Shown: positions 1-10,225 of the stretch, one piece after another
How the letters are laid out: each line of letters starts with the position of its first letter
Position numbering within the stretch: the first letter of the stretch is position 1
NCBI GenBank assembly: GCA_029552945.1
Contig: JAKPDD010000043.1
Location: forward strand, 6,516-70,515
DNA: 64,000 nucleotides
Direction: 5' to 3'
Origin: Spirochaetota bacterium
GTDB taxonomy: Bacteria > Spirochaetota > GWB1-36-13 > JAKPDD01
Made by a program: the position numbers and the translations under genes
The notes under the pieces: model-generated
The model's input: the letters and a program-made list of their open reading frames with translations, nothing else
What the model was told of the DNA's origin: nothing
Database searches by the model: none

Positions 1-237
1 TAATGCTATTTTAAAATATAGAACTGTTTAATTGACTTTTCTCGTAATACTTAATTATGGGCCCCCTACTTATTTTTATAATTTAGGAAATATAAATATT
101 TAAGGAGTGGATAACATTTTTGTTAAATGAACAATTATTAAAATTATGTTTTTGAGTTCAAAGATTATGCATAGTAAGTTAAATTTTAAATTAACAAAAT
201 TTTATTAAATTAATTTTATATAAAAGAGGGGGATTTA

Positions 238-1926
238 TTGGAAAAGATAAAAGATGTCATGCCATTAGTAGAATCCTGGCTAAAAGAACCTTATAGAGAA
301 GAGTTTAGAAATGAACTCAAAGTTTTAATTGAAAATAAAAATTATGATGAACTTTATGATAGGTTTTATAAGTCTCTTGAGTTTGGTACTGGCGGTATGC
401 GGGGAATTATGGGGGCAGGGACAAACAGAATGAACATATATACAGTTGCAGCTGCCACAAAGGGTCTTTCTGATTATCTTAAGAAGATGAAAAAAAATAG
501 AGTTGTTGTATCTTATGATACTCGTAATAATTCACAGGTTTTTTCTGAGATAGTTGTAAAAGTTCTTTCTAACCTTGGCATAAAGACTTTTTATTTTTCA
601 AAACCGTATCCAACCCCATTTTTATCTTTTATGACAAGAAAATTAAATGCTATAGGAGTTATGATAACAGCAAGCCATAATCCACCAGAGTATAATGGAT
701 ATAAGGTTTTCTGGGATAATGGAGTGCAGGTATTGCCACCACATGACATTAATATTGTTAATACAATAAAGAAAGTAAAAATTTATGATGTTGTAAGCTT
801 AATTGATTCTCCTATAGATTATAAATATGCTGAAGATATTACTGAAAAGTTTGATGATGAATATATTAATACTATTATGTCTTTTATTGATATTTCTAAG
901 ATAGATAAAGATACAAAGGTTCTTTATACTCCACTTTATGGTACTGGCCGTGACCTTATGAAAAAGCTTATGTCAAGGTTGTCTATTAATCTTGATCTTG
1001 TTGAGGAGGAAGCAGTTTTTGATGGCAATTTCCCTGGAATAAATGTACCTAATCTGGAAGAACCTAAGGTTTTTAAGCTTGCACTTAAAAAAGCATCTGA
1101 ATACTCTAACAAGTATGATATTATAATAGGTACTGATCCTGATGCTGATAGACTGGGTGTATGGGTAAAACACAATAATGATTATATCTTCTTAAATGGC
1201 AACCAGATCGGAACTATAATGCTTTATTATCTTCTTTCAAATAGAAATTATAAAAAAAATAGTTATTGTATAACTACTATAGTTAGTTCAGATATAATAG
1301 AACCTATAGCAAAGGAGTTTAATGTTAAGTTCTATAAAACTCTTACAGGTTTTAAGTATATTGGTGACCTTATAATGAAGAAGAAGAGTGGTTTTATATT
1401 TGGTTATGAAGAAAGTTTTGGTTATTTAATAGGTGATTATATAGGTGATAAAGACGGTATATCTGCTGCAGGACTTTTATCTGAAATTGTTTCGTATATT
1501 AAGTCTAAGAAAATGAGTTTGTATGAATATCTTGAGAGTATATATTCAAAATACGGCTACTATTATGAGAGTTTAAGATCTTTTAATCTCCCATTTGATA
1601 AGCAAAAGAAAATAATGAATATTTTAAGGGGGAGTAAAGATAATCTGGCAGGTTATAAAATAAAAAAGAAAATTGACCTTAATAAAAAGGGTTTTAAAGC
1701 ATTGTTTAGTAAGGATATATATTCTTCACTTCCTAAGAGTGATGTTTTAATGTTTTATCTTGAACCTAGCTTTAAAGTTGCTGTTAGGCCAAGTGGGACT
1801 GAACCAAAGATAAAGTTTTATTTTGCGATAAATCATGTTAAAGATAAAAATATTTATGACTTAAGAAAATGTATTGAAGAATTCGAAAATATAGTACTAA
1901 ATTATGTTAAGGAGGTTGTTTCTTGA
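238..1926 (+). CDS. phosphoglucomutase/phosphomannomutase-family phosphohexose mutase
   Basis: 562-aa ORF with a TTG start shortly after a GAGGGGGA RBS. Contains the phosphoserine loop TASHNPPEYNGYKV, the metal loop GTDPDADRLG and the sugar loop GYEESFGY. Confidence 0.9.
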   Translation: MEKIKDVMPLVESWLKEPYREEFRNELKVLIENKNYDELYDRFYKSLEFGTGGMRGIMGAGTNRMNIYTVAAATKGLSDYLKKMKKNRVVVSYDTRNNSQVFSEIVVKVLSNLGIKTFYFSKPYPTPFLSFMTRKLNAIGVMITASHNPPEYNGYKVFWDNGVQVLPPHDINIVNTIKKVKIYDVVSLIDSPIDYKYAEDITEKFDDEYINTIMSFIDISKIDKDTKVLYTPLYGTGRDLMKKLMSRLSINLDLVEEEAVFDGNFPGINVPNLEEPKVFKLALKKASEYSNKYDIIIGTDPDADRLGVWVKHNNDYIFLNGNQIGTIMLYYLLSNRNYKKNSYCITTIVSSDIIEPIAKEFNVKFYKTLTGFKYIGDLIMKKKSGFIFGYEESFGYLIGDYIGDKDGISAAGLLSEIVSYIKSKKMSLYEYLESIYSKYGYYYESLRSFNLPFDKQKKIMNILRGSKDNLAGYKIKKKIDLNKKGFKALFSKDIYSSLPKSDVLMFYLEPSFKVAVRPSGTEPKIKFYFAINHVKDKNIYDLRKCIEEFENIVLNYVKEVVS

Positions 1927-2777
1927 AAAATATATTTATTAAAATAATTTTGCTTTTGAGTTTTCTTTTTTCCTTAACTGTTTATTCTCAGAGGAACAGT
2001 TTTGAAAAATCTATTGGTAAGACTGCAATGAACCTTGAACCTAATAGTTTTAGGTTTTCTCTTGGTTTAGAGTATGGGGCTGATAAATGGGGTTCTGGTA
2101 ATTATTCAAGTCTTATAGTACCTATAAGTTTATCGTTGGGTATAAATAACAATATTGAAGCAGGACTTTCAGCTGATTATTCAAGACCATATTCTCTGGT
2201 TGATGGTATAAAGATAAAGGATAAATATAGTTATCATAACCTTACACCTACAATAAAACTTGCTCTTAATCCAGAAGATATTCGTAGTAAACCTGCTTTG
2301 GGACTTCTTTTTGGTTGTATTATACCGACACATGATTATGAATCTTTAAAACTCTTTACCTCTTTTCTTATGTCATCATCGGTTGGGGCTCTTTTTTCCT
2401 GGAATTTTAATTTAGGACTTGGATGGTATATAAGTAAAATGGATTATGAATACAATGCTCAAACTGCAGTAAGACCTGGGCTTGAGGTTAACCCTAATAT
2501 AGAAATTGGGTATATACTATCTGATTTTTTGAAAATTGCAACTGGATTTGATACTAATATTCATTTTTTAGGTAAAAAATATTATACAGATTTAAGTAAA
2601 GATATGGAAGACTTTACTGGTTTTACATGGATTACATCTTTTAGAATTAAACCATCTTCTTTGCCTTTAGTCTTTGACATTGGTTTAAAAGTTGGACTTA
2701 ATGAGGCTTCTTATAGGAGTTTTGGTTTATTTTTTACAATGCAGCTTATACCTGATACATCTGATGCAGAATGGTAA
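1923..2777 (+). CDS. exported hypothetical protein, probable outer-membrane beta-barrel
   Basis: TTG start overlaps the upstream TGA and sits 8 nt after AAGGAGG. Has an N-terminal signal peptide, alternating hydrophobic/polar strands and a C-terminal Trp. Confidence 0.5.
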   Translation: MKNIFIKIILLLSFLFSLTVYSQRNSFEKSIGKTAMNLEPNSFRFSLGLEYGADKWGSGNYSSLIVPISLSLGINNNIEAGLSADYSRPYSLVDGIKIKDKYSYHNLTPTIKLALNPEDIRSKPALGLLFGCIIPTHDYESLKLFTSFLMSSSVGALFSWNFNLGLGWYISKMDYEYNAQTAVRPGLEVNPNIEIGYILSDFLKIATGFDTNIHFLGKKYYTDLSKDMEDFTGFTWITSFRIKPSSLPLVFDIGLKVGLNEASYRSFGLFFTMQLIPDTSDAEW

Positions 2778-2906
2778 AAGTAATTTTTAAAAAACTATTG
2801 ACAAATGAATAAAAAATATTTTTTTATTAATGTGAAAAAATATATATTTTTATATTATAAAAGATATTTTTAAAGAATTTGTATAAAAAATTAGTAAGGA
2901 GATAGT

Positions 2907-3635
2907 ATGAAAAGGATATCAATAATTTCTTTCCTACTTTTTAGTCTGCTATTAATGGTAGGGATAGCAGAGATTGCCAAAGGATTTGGCCAGGCTGTAA
3001 ATATCCAGACAAGAAAGATAGAGGGATTTGAAGAAAAAGGAGGATGGGAAGTTAAGTTCTCAAAGTTTAGATGTAGGAATTGGAATAATGAGGATAAAGA
3101 AAAACCAGATGAAAGCCAGTCCTGGATAAACTGGATAGAGGCGAATGAGGCTGAAGGTAATATACTACCAGATGGTCTACCACCAGAAGTAAGGGGAAAA
3201 GATGAGAAAACTGTAATGGGTGTTAAGGCATGTTTTTCAACAAAAGCTTACAACTGGATAGTTATTGAGCCCAAAAAACAGTTACTTTTGAATGGTATAA
3301 CAAAAGCTATTGACCTTTGGGTATGGGGTGCAGGTTATGATTATGACCTCTATATAATTATAAAAAACTGGCAGGGATTATACTATTCTTTATTTATGGG
3401 AAACTTAAAATATTATGGATGGAGAAACTTGAGGGTTGAAATACCAGAATATATAAGTCAGTATACTCAATATGTACCAAGGTTAAAACCTTTAGAGGTT
3501 GTAAGATTAAAATTGGTTGCTAATCCAGATGAAAAACCAGATGACTTTTATGTGTATTTTGATTATATGCAAGCCCAGGTAGATGTTTATGAAGAAAGAT
3601 ATAATGGTGATGGGCTTAATAAAAAGAGATGGTAA
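2907..3635 (+). CDS. FlaA-like (spirochaetal flagellar filament outer-layer family) exported protein, paralogue 1
   Basis: AAGGAG RBS and signal peptide. Clearly alignable to the next ORF (VMGVKACFSTKAYNWIVIEP..LWVWG..LYIIIKNWQG..MGNLKYYGWRNLRVEIPEYI..FYVYFDYM). The pattern matches my recollection of FlaA family motifs; this is from memory, not searched. Confidence 0.5.
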   Translation: MKRISIISFLLFSLLLMVGIAEIAKGFGQAVNIQTRKIEGFEEKGGWEVKFSKFRCRNWNNEDKEKPDESQSWINWIEANEAEGNILPDGLPPEVRGKDEKTVMGVKACFSTKAYNWIVIEPKKQLLLNGITKAIDLWVWGAGYDYDLYIIIKNWQGLYYSLFMGNLKYYGWRNLRVEIPEYISQYTQYVPRLKPLEVVRLKLVANPDEKPDDFYVYFDYMQAQVDVYEERYNGDGLNKKRW

Positions 3636-3656
3636 AAAACAAAAAGGAGTTTATAA

Positions 3657-4457
3657 ATGAAAAAGAGAGTAGTAATATTTTTAGTAGTTGCTTTTGTAGG
3701 ATTCTTATTTGCTCAGGATGCAACAAAAACTGATACAACTAAGGGTGGTGATAAAATAGACTATGGTTCTGTAAATGATGAAACTGGGAAATTAGAAAAG
3801 GGCACATTAGAACAGAGTTTATATAAACTTGTTATGGAAAGTTTTGAGAAAGCAGGAGAGTGGTATGGTTCTATGCCCATAGATTATGGTATTATTAACA
3901 TTAAAGAGATACCAGGTGCACCTTATGAACTTGCTCAGTTAAAACCAGAGACTGTAAAAGTTCCTCCTAAATATGGTCAAGAAGGCGGTAATAAGAAAAG
4001 TTATTTTGAAGAAGAGGTTGATAATCATAAGCAGATTTTAGGTGCTAAAATATCATTTATGCAAAGAGGATACAGCTGGGCTAGAATAAATCCACCTTTC
4101 CCTATAAACCTTGAAGGATTGGTAAAGGGGTTTGAAGTTTGGGTTTGCGGAAGAAATAAAAGACATACTCTTTATATGGTGCTAAAAGACTTTTATGGTG
4201 AAGAAAAATTACTTGAGGTTGGAGAATTAAGTTTTATGGGATGGAAGAGAATGACTGTTCAAGTTCCTTATACAATAGTTCAAGAAGATTTTAGATATTC
4301 TACAAGAAGAGGATTGACATTTTTAGGATTCTTAATTAAGTTTCATCCTGAAGAAACAAGTGGAAGATATTATATTTACTTTGATAATCTTGCTGTTGAA
4401 TTGTCAAGATTCTTAGAAGAAAATAGAGATATAGATGATCCATTAGATACATGGTAA
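3657..4457 (+). CDS. FlaA-like exported protein, paralogue 2
   Basis: AAGGAG RBS and signal peptide. Paralogous blocks are ILGAKISFMQRGYSWARINPP..VWVCG..LYMVLKDFYG..LSFMGWKRMTVQVPYTI..YYIYFDNL. Confidence 0.5.
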   Translation: MKKRVVIFLVVAFVGFLFAQDATKTDTTKGGDKIDYGSVNDETGKLEKGTLEQSLYKLVMESFEKAGEWYGSMPIDYGIINIKEIPGAPYELAQLKPETVKVPPKYGQEGGNKKSYFEEEVDNHKQILGAKISFMQRGYSWARINPPFPINLEGLVKGFEVWVCGRNKRHTLYMVLKDFYGEEKLLEVGELSFMGWKRMTVQVPYTIVQEDFRYSTRRGLTFLGFLIKFHPEETSGRYYIYFDNLAVELSRFLEENRDIDDPLDTW

Positions 4458-4460
4458 AAT

Positions 4461-4482
4461 AAAGAGAGGGTAACCTCTCTTT
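4461..4482 (+). terminator. hairpin terminator after the FlaA-like pair
   Basis: AAAGAGAGG-gtaa-CCTCTCTTT is a perfect 9-bp stem directly after the stop codon. The downstream tract is AT-rich rather than a clean T run. Confidence 0.55.
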
Positions 4483-4618
4483 ATTATCTATTAATTTTTC
4501 TTTTTCCTAATTTATTTAGGAATATCTATTAATTCTTATAATAAGATTATTGGATTTGTGATTAAATTTTATTTTAATTTCTAATTAAATAGATAAATCA
4601 TTCAGGAGTTTTTATATT

Positions 4619-6688
4619 ATGGAAAAGATTTTAGTTACTAGTGCTTTACCTTATGCAAATGGGCCTGTTCATATAGGACATTTAGCTGGTGCATATTTAC
4701 CCGCTGATATATATGTTAGATTTAATAGACTTATGAAAAATGATGTTATATATATATGTGGGACTGATGAACATGGGGTTCCTATAACAATAAGAGCTGA
4801 TGAAGAAAAAATAACTCCTAAAGAGGTTGTTGATAAGTATCATGAGATGATAAAGAAGAGTTTTGATGCAGCAGGGCTTAGTTTTGATAATTTTAGTAGA
4901 ACAACTAAACCGCATCATTATGAGTTGTCGCAAAGATTTTTTAAAAACTTGCTTGAAAATGGGTATATAGATACTGATACTGAAAAACAGTTGTATTGTC
5001 CTGATAATGGGAAGTTCTTACCAGATAGGTATATAGAAGGTATATGCCCTAACTGTGGCTATGATAAGGCAAGAGGTGATGAATGTCCTAAATGTGGCAA
5101 ATGGCTTGAGGCAACATCTCTTATAGAACCTCGTTCAAAATTATGCCCGGGAGGACTTATCCTTAAGGATACAAAACATTGGTATTTAAGACTTGATAAG
5201 ATGCAGGGTAAAATAGAAGCTTGGATAAAGGAAAAAAAATGGAAAGACAATGTGAAAAACTTTATAATGGGTTGGCTTAAAGAGGGGTTAAAAAAAAGAC
5301 CTATAACGAGAGACCTTAATTGGGGGGTACCACTCCCGATTGATGATAAGGATGCGAGTGGTAAAGTAATGTATGTATGGTTTGATGCTCCTATTGGTTA
5401 TATATCAAGTACTATAGAGTGGGCACAAAAAATAGGAAAGCCTGATAAATGGAAGGATTATTGGTTTGATAAAAATACTAAACTTGTTCATTTTATAGGT
5501 AAAGATAATATACCTTTCCATGCAATTGTTTGGCCTGCGATTTTAATGGGGCAAAAAGAATCTTATATACTTCCATCTGAGATACCTGCTAATGAACATC
5601 TTACCATAGAAGGGGAGAAGATATCTACTTCCAGAGGTAATATGATTTATATTGAGGAGGTTGTTGATAATTTTGGTCAGGATTATTTAAGATATTATCT
5701 TGCAGTAAACTCACCAGAGACAAGGGATACTGACTTTAGCTGGAAAAACTTTCAATCAACAATTAATACTGAACTTATTAATGTTTTTGGCAATCTTATT
5801 AACAGGGTTGTTAATTTTGTTTATAACAGGTTTGACAAAAAAGTACCTATATTTTACGAAAATAGGTTAACAGGTTATGACGAGGATATTCTGGACCTTA
5901 TAAAAACAACTATAAGAAAAGTTAAATCTTCTTATTCTGAATTTAGAGTAAGGGATGTTACAAAATTACTTTTTAATCTTGCTAAGTCATGTAATCAGTA
6001 TTTTCAGGATAATGAACCATGGAAAATGATAGAGGTGGATAAAGAGAGGGTTTCAACTGTTCTTAATATATGTTTTCGGGTATTAAAAGCCCTTATTATT
6101 TTATATTATCCTATAATACCAGGTGCAAGCAAAAAGTTATTTAGTATAGTAAGCAAAGATGACATTGAAAGTATTGATCTTAGTAAGCTTGAGGATATTG
6201 ATAATTTTGAAGGATTTATAGTAGATAAACCTGAAATCCCATTTAAAAAGGTTGAAGATAATCAGATAAATAGATTACTTGATATACTGAATAAAAGAAT
6301 AAATAAAATTGATAATATAATGTCTGAAAATAAAAGTGAACTGAGTGAAGAAAATAAAACTAATATTGATTTTATAGATATTCAGGATTTTAGTAAATTA
6401 GATATAAGGGTTGGTACAGTGTTGGAGGCTAAAGAGGTTGAGAATAGTAATAAATTAATCGAAATGAAGGTAGATATTGGCAGTGAAATAAGGACAATAA
6501 TAGGAGGGCTTAAGGAATATTATAAACCGTCAGAATTGATAAATAGAAAGGTTATAGTTTTAGTAAACCTTAAACCAAGGAAATTAATGGGTAAAACTTC
6601 AGAGGGCATGGTTTTGGCTGCTAAGATAGATGGTGAACTGAAACTACTTACAGTTGAAGGAATAAGAAATGGTGCAAAAATTAGTTAG
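4619..6688 (+). CDS. metG: methionine--tRNA ligase with C-terminal Trbp111/EMAP-like tRNA-binding domain
   Basis: Contains HIGH-type PVHIGHL, KMSKS-type KISTSRG, zinc knuckles CPNCG and CPKCG, and a C-terminal LDIRVGTVLEAKEVENSNKLIEMKVDIG OB domain. Confidence 0.95.
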   Translation: MEKILVTSALPYANGPVHIGHLAGAYLPADIYVRFNRLMKNDVIYICGTDEHGVPITIRADEEKITPKEVVDKYHEMIKKSFDAAGLSFDNFSRTTKPHHYELSQRFFKNLLENGYIDTDTEKQLYCPDNGKFLPDRYIEGICPNCGYDKARGDECPKCGKWLEATSLIEPRSKLCPGGLILKDTKHWYLRLDKMQGKIEAWIKEKKWKDNVKNFIMGWLKEGLKKRPITRDLNWGVPLPIDDKDASGKVMYVWFDAPIGYISSTIEWAQKIGKPDKWKDYWFDKNTKLVHFIGKDNIPFHAIVWPAILMGQKESYILPSEIPANEHLTIEGEKISTSRGNMIYIEEVVDNFGQDYLRYYLAVNSPETRDTDFSWKNFQSTINTELINVFGNLINRVVNFVYNRFDKKVPIFYENRLTGYDEDILDLIKTTIRKVKSSYSEFRVRDVTKLLFNLAKSCNQYFQDNEPWKMIEVDKERVSTVLNICFRVLKALIILYYPIIPGASKKLFSIVSKDDIESIDLSKLEDIDNFEGFIVDKPEIPFKKVEDNQINRLLDILNKRINKIDNIMSENKSELSEENKTNIDFIDIQDFSKLDIRVGTVLEAKEVENSNKLIEMKVDIGSEIRTIIGGLKEYYKPSELINRKVIVLVNLKPRKLMGKTSEGMVLAAKIDGELKLLTVEGIRNGAKIS

Positions 6689-8174
6689 TATTTTGATTTT
6701 CTTTATTTTAATAATATCATGTTCAAAAAAGAATAATGAAACTTTTAATGGGGATAGTTCAGGGAATGTATCTAAAATATTGTACCAGGAAGGTGATAAG
6801 CTTATTGATAATATCTTGAATGATATTGATTATCTGATTAAAGAGGGTAAGATAGAGGATGCAAAAAAGCTTTTAGATGAACTTAAAAAAAAGGTGGATG
6901 AAAAAGACTTTAATTTTTACTATGGTGTAATACTTTATGAAGAGGGGAAATATAAGGAAGCAAAGGAAAAATTATATAATGTTAGTGATAAATTAAAAAA
7001 ACAATCATATTTTTATCTCGGGCATATTGCAAGAAAAGAGGGTAAAATTGATGATGCTATAAATTATTATCAAAAATCTTATAAAGATTATAATAATCCA
7101 GAGATTCTAAGTTCTATTGCTGATGCTTTTATGGAAAAAAAGGACTATAAAAGAGCAAAAGAGTATTATCAAAAAGCTTTAATTTTAAAACCTGATTCAT
7201 ATATAGATATGTATTATCTTGCTAACTTATATTTTATGGAGAAGGATTATCAAAAAAGTAAGGATTTACTAGAAAAAATTATTAAAATTAACCCTGGATT
7301 TAAAAAAGCTTATATAGGGATGGCTGCTGTTTACGACAGATTATCTGATAAAATTAATTCTAATTATTATTATCTTAGAGCATTGTTGTTAGATAGAAGT
7401 TATGATAAAGTAGTTGATTTTATAGAGAAAAATAAGATTGAAAACAAACATATAAATATTATGAAAATATATATTGTTTCTCTTTTTAATCTTGATCTAA
7501 AGGAAAAACTTGGTAAGATTATAGAAACTGCTGTTAAGTTGTTTCCAGAAGATCCAGATATACTTATGTATAAAGCTTTATTTCTAGATAAAAATGGTCG
7601 GACAAAGGAAGCAAAAGAACTTTTTGAGTTTCTTGTTAAAAAGTATGATAATAATTTTAATATTCTTGCTTCTTATGCTGATTTTATATATGAGAATTCA
7701 AAGAGTGATGAGGAATACAAAAAAGCTATAGAGTATTATGAAAAATCACTTTATATAGAGCCAACTAATACAAGTTACAGATATAAATTGGCAGAAATAT
7801 ATAGAAAAAGGAATGAGTTTGATAAAGAGCTTTTTCATAGGGGTATACTATATTTTTATCAGGGTCAGTTTGTTGAAAGTATTGAGGCTTTCTTTAACAT
7901 AAAGGAACCTATGGATAAGTCCCTATTTTTTTATTATGTTGGAATGAATTATTCAGAGCAGGGTAAATATCAGGATGCTGTTGATAACCTTAAAAATGCT
8001 GTTTCTTTAAGAAAGGATAGGAGATTTTATATAGAGCTTGCTTATAATTATGTTAGATTGGGACAAAAAGAAAAAGCTATTGATATTTTAAACTCTTATC
8101 CTAATAAAGCTGATAAAGAAATATTAGAGACACTTAATTTTATATCAAAAAATACCTTTATAAATGAGAAATAG
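6669..8174 (+). CDS. TPR-repeat lipoprotein
   Basis: Signal peptide with lipobox IISC, followed by repeated 34-aa A/Y/G TPR patterns throughout. Confidence 0.75.
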   Translation: MVQKLVSILIFFILIISCSKKNNETFNGDSSGNVSKILYQEGDKLIDNILNDIDYLIKEGKIEDAKKLLDELKKKVDEKDFNFYYGVILYEEGKYKEAKEKLYNVSDKLKKQSYFYLGHIARKEGKIDDAINYYQKSYKDYNNPEILSSIADAFMEKKDYKRAKEYYQKALILKPDSYIDMYYLANLYFMEKDYQKSKDLLEKIIKINPGFKKAYIGMAAVYDRLSDKINSNYYYLRALLLDRSYDKVVDFIEKNKIENKHINIMKIYIVSLFNLDLKEKLGKIIETAVKLFPEDPDILMYKALFLDKNGRTKEAKELFEFLVKKYDNNFNILASYADFIYENSKSDEEYKKAIEYYEKSLYIEPTNTSYRYKLAEIYRKRNEFDKELFHRGILYFYQGQFVESIEAFFNIKEPMDKSLFFYYVGMNYSEQGKYQDAVDNLKNAVSLRKDRRFYIELAYNYVRLGQKEKAIDILNSYPNKADKEILETLNFISKNTFINEK

Positions 8175-8218
8175 TATCGATATTTATTATATAATTTTGA
8201 TTAAAAGAGGGGGATAAG

Positions 8219-8644
8219 ATGAATCCTTATTCTCAATACAAAGAGACTCAAATATTGACAGCAAGTCCAGGGAAACTATTATTAATGCTTTATGATGCTG
8301 CTATATCTTCTATGGAGCAGGCACTTGAATTCATAAATGAAAAAGGAAAGTATGATGTTGTAAATAGAAATCTTGTAAAAGCTCAGGAGATAATAGGAGA
8401 ACTTTTAGCATCACTTGATTTTAAAGTTGGTGGGGAATTTGCTAAAAACATGCAGTCTCTTTATGCTTATATGATAAAAAGATTGATAGAAGGCAATCTA
8501 AGGAAAGAGGCAGAACCAATTAAAGAGGTTTTAAAATATATGAAGGAACTAAGGGAAAGCTGGGAAGTAGCAGTAAAAAAGGTTGGTTCAGACTTTCCTA
8601 AAAAAAATAACAATGATAGTAGCGGCCTTAATATTTCAGGTTAA
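8219..8644 (+). CDS. fliS: flagellar export chaperone FliS
   Basis: 141 aa. The N-terminus YSQYKETQILTASPGKLLLMLYDAAI is typical of FliS. GAGGGGGA RBS. Confidence 0.85.
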   Translation: MNPYSQYKETQILTASPGKLLLMLYDAAISSMEQALEFINEKGKYDVVNRNLVKAQEIIGELLASLDFKVGGEFAKNMQSLYAYMIKRLIEGNLRKEAEPIKEVLKYMKELRESWEVAVKKVGSDFPKKNNNDSSGLNISG

Positions 8645-8658
8645 TATTCCTCCTGTTT

Positions 8659-8685
8659 ACCCTGTAGTTAATGCAGGGTTTTTTA
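8659..8685 (+). terminator. rho-independent terminator after fliS
   Basis: ACCCTG-9 nt-CAGGGT hairpin followed by TTTTTT. Confidence 0.7.
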
Positions 8686-8797
8686 ATTTTTTTAAAAAAA
8701 TCAATAATAATCTTTTTACAATTTAATCAGATTATGAGACCTGATTTTTATTTAAATTTTTATAAATAAAATTTTAGTTATTAAATTATAGATTATT

Positions 8798-8983
8798 TTA
8801 TGGCCTATTTAATACAAATAAAAGAGATAAAAGTGTTATTATCCCCATTACTATAAATGCTCTTATTAACATTTTTATTTTTTGTTTTTTGGAAAGGTTT
8901 TTATTTTTTATGATAAGAATAAATGGTACTATAAAATTAGCTATTATTATGCTTACTAGTACATCTGTGAATATTTTTCTCAT
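8798..8983 (-). CDS. small membrane protein (hypothetical)
   Basis: 61-aa ORF with two hydrophobic helices. Its start overlaps the rhomboid stop by 4 nt, suggesting coupling. Confidence 0.35.
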   Translation of the reverse strand: MRKIFTDVLVSIIIANFIVPFILIIKNKNLSKKQKIKMLIRAFIVMGIITLLSLLFVLNRP

Positions 8984-9669
8984 AGGTAATGAATCCCTTC
9001 TTTTTTCTCTCTTTCTTTTTTAATATCTTTTGCTATTTTATAACCGATAATAAAGCCGGCAACATGTGCTATCCATGCAATATTTGATGTTTTAATTAAT
9101 AAAGATGTAAGAGCATTTGTTACCTGAAAAAAGAACCATAACAATATAAATATTATTGCAGGTATTGGTATGGGTAGAAGTAAAAATATTGGTACAAGTG
9201 ACAAAACTTTTGCTCGCGGGTAAAAAACTATGTATGCCCCTAGAACACCAGATATTGCCCCACTTGCTCCTATCATCGGAATATTTGAGGTTGTATCAAA
9301 TATATATTGTATAAGACATGCACCTATACCAGTAGTTACATAGAATATAATATAGCCGATATGTCCTATCTCGTCTTCAACATTATCTCCAAATATATAG
9401 AGAAACCATAAGTTTGAAAATATATGAAGTAAGTTACCGTGGAAAAACATGTGCGTCACAAGAGTTTTATATGTCTCAAAACTAAATTTATTGTTTTTAA
9501 AATTTATTTTGAATTTATTAGGTATAAAACCATAAGTATTTATCAATTTCTCTAATTCAGGAATTGATAATGATAGCTCATAAAAAAATATTATTATGTT
9601 AATAATTATTATAAGATAGTTTATAACAGGTTTTTTTTGTGAAGGGATATTATCTTTTATAGGAAACAA
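8980..9669 (-). CDS. rhomboid-family intramembrane serine protease
   Basis: Contains HGNLLHIFSNLWFLYIFG, the catalytic GASGAISG and AHVAGFIIG. Multi-pass membrane protein with a TTG start abutting the upstream stop. Confidence 0.85.
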   Translation of the reverse strand: MFPIKDNIPSQKKPVINYLIIIINIIIFFYELSLSIPELEKLINTYGFIPNKFKINFKNNKFSFETYKTLVTHMFFHGNLLHIFSNLWFLYIFGDNVEDEIGHIGYIIFYVTTGIGACLIQYIFDTTSNIPMIGASGAISGVLGAYIVFYPRAKVLSLVPIFLLLPIPIPAIIFILLWFFFQVTNALTSLLIKTSNIAWIAHVAGFIIGYKIAKDIKKEREKKEGIHYL

Positions 9670-10104
9670 CTATCTTTCCTCTGGTATCTCAAAAAGGTCT
9701 CTTTTTGATGACACATAATTTATAAGAAATTCTCTCAAAAACTCACTCATTTTTTCTTTTATACTCATTGCTTTATGGATTTCAACAAAATCTCCCTTTA
9801 TATTTAAGTTGTCTTCATTTACTGTAATATAGTATTTACATAAATATTTTCTCATCCCTGATTTTTGAAATATCATTTTCTGAGAAGTTGTAAGTGTGCC
9901 TTTTGATAATATATTTTTTATCAGAGAATCTCTTATAATATCTTTTGCTTTTTCTTCGTTAAATCCAACACCTTCTATTTTTATAACTTCTCTATAAAAG
10001 TCTTTTTCTCCATCCTTATTTTTTACTATAAATATATAAGGGTCAGATTTTTTGAAATAAGTTATAATATATATAACTTTTACTTCAAATACTTTTTTTT
10101 CCAC
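9670..10104 (-). CDS. hypothetical protein
   Basis: 144-aa ORF with a GTG start after an AAGGG RBS. Translationally abuts the rhomboid gene. No motif recognised. Confidence 0.5.
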   Translation of the reverse strand: MEKKVFEVKVIYIITYFKKSDPYIFIVKNKDGEKDFYREVIKIEGVGFNEEKAKDIIRDSLIKNILSKGTLTTSQKMIFQKSGMRKYLCKYYITVNEDNLNIKGDFVEIHKAMSIKEKMSEFLREFLINYVSSKRDLFEIPEER

Positions 10105-10225
10105 AGTATTACCCTTTTTTATAACATTAATTTATATAAATTAATTCGGAATATTTTATTTTAAAAGTTAAATTTAATAACAATTTTTAATAAAATCTAT
10201 TATAAAAAATAAGGAAGGAACTATT

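Noticed and set aside
936-1175. Antisense and overlapping ORFs of 60-110 aa throughout the track (for example 936-1175, 4697-4933, 10823-11077, 13794-14006, 34944-35234, 42875-43204, 44764-46059, 49337-49648, 53425-53667, 56395-56652, 58614-58865, 60840-61100).
   Set aside because: Each lies inside and opposite to, or out of frame with, a long ORF that carries recognisable family motifs. They have low-complexity composition and no RBS, so they were treated as spurious.
2808-2813. Sigma-70 -35/-10 assignments (for example TTGACA at 2808) for the FlaA-like and other genes.
   Set aside because: In DNA this AT-rich, many TATAAT-like hexamers occur, and I could not find a uniquely spaced -10 partner. 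Promoters were therefore not annotated without TSS data.
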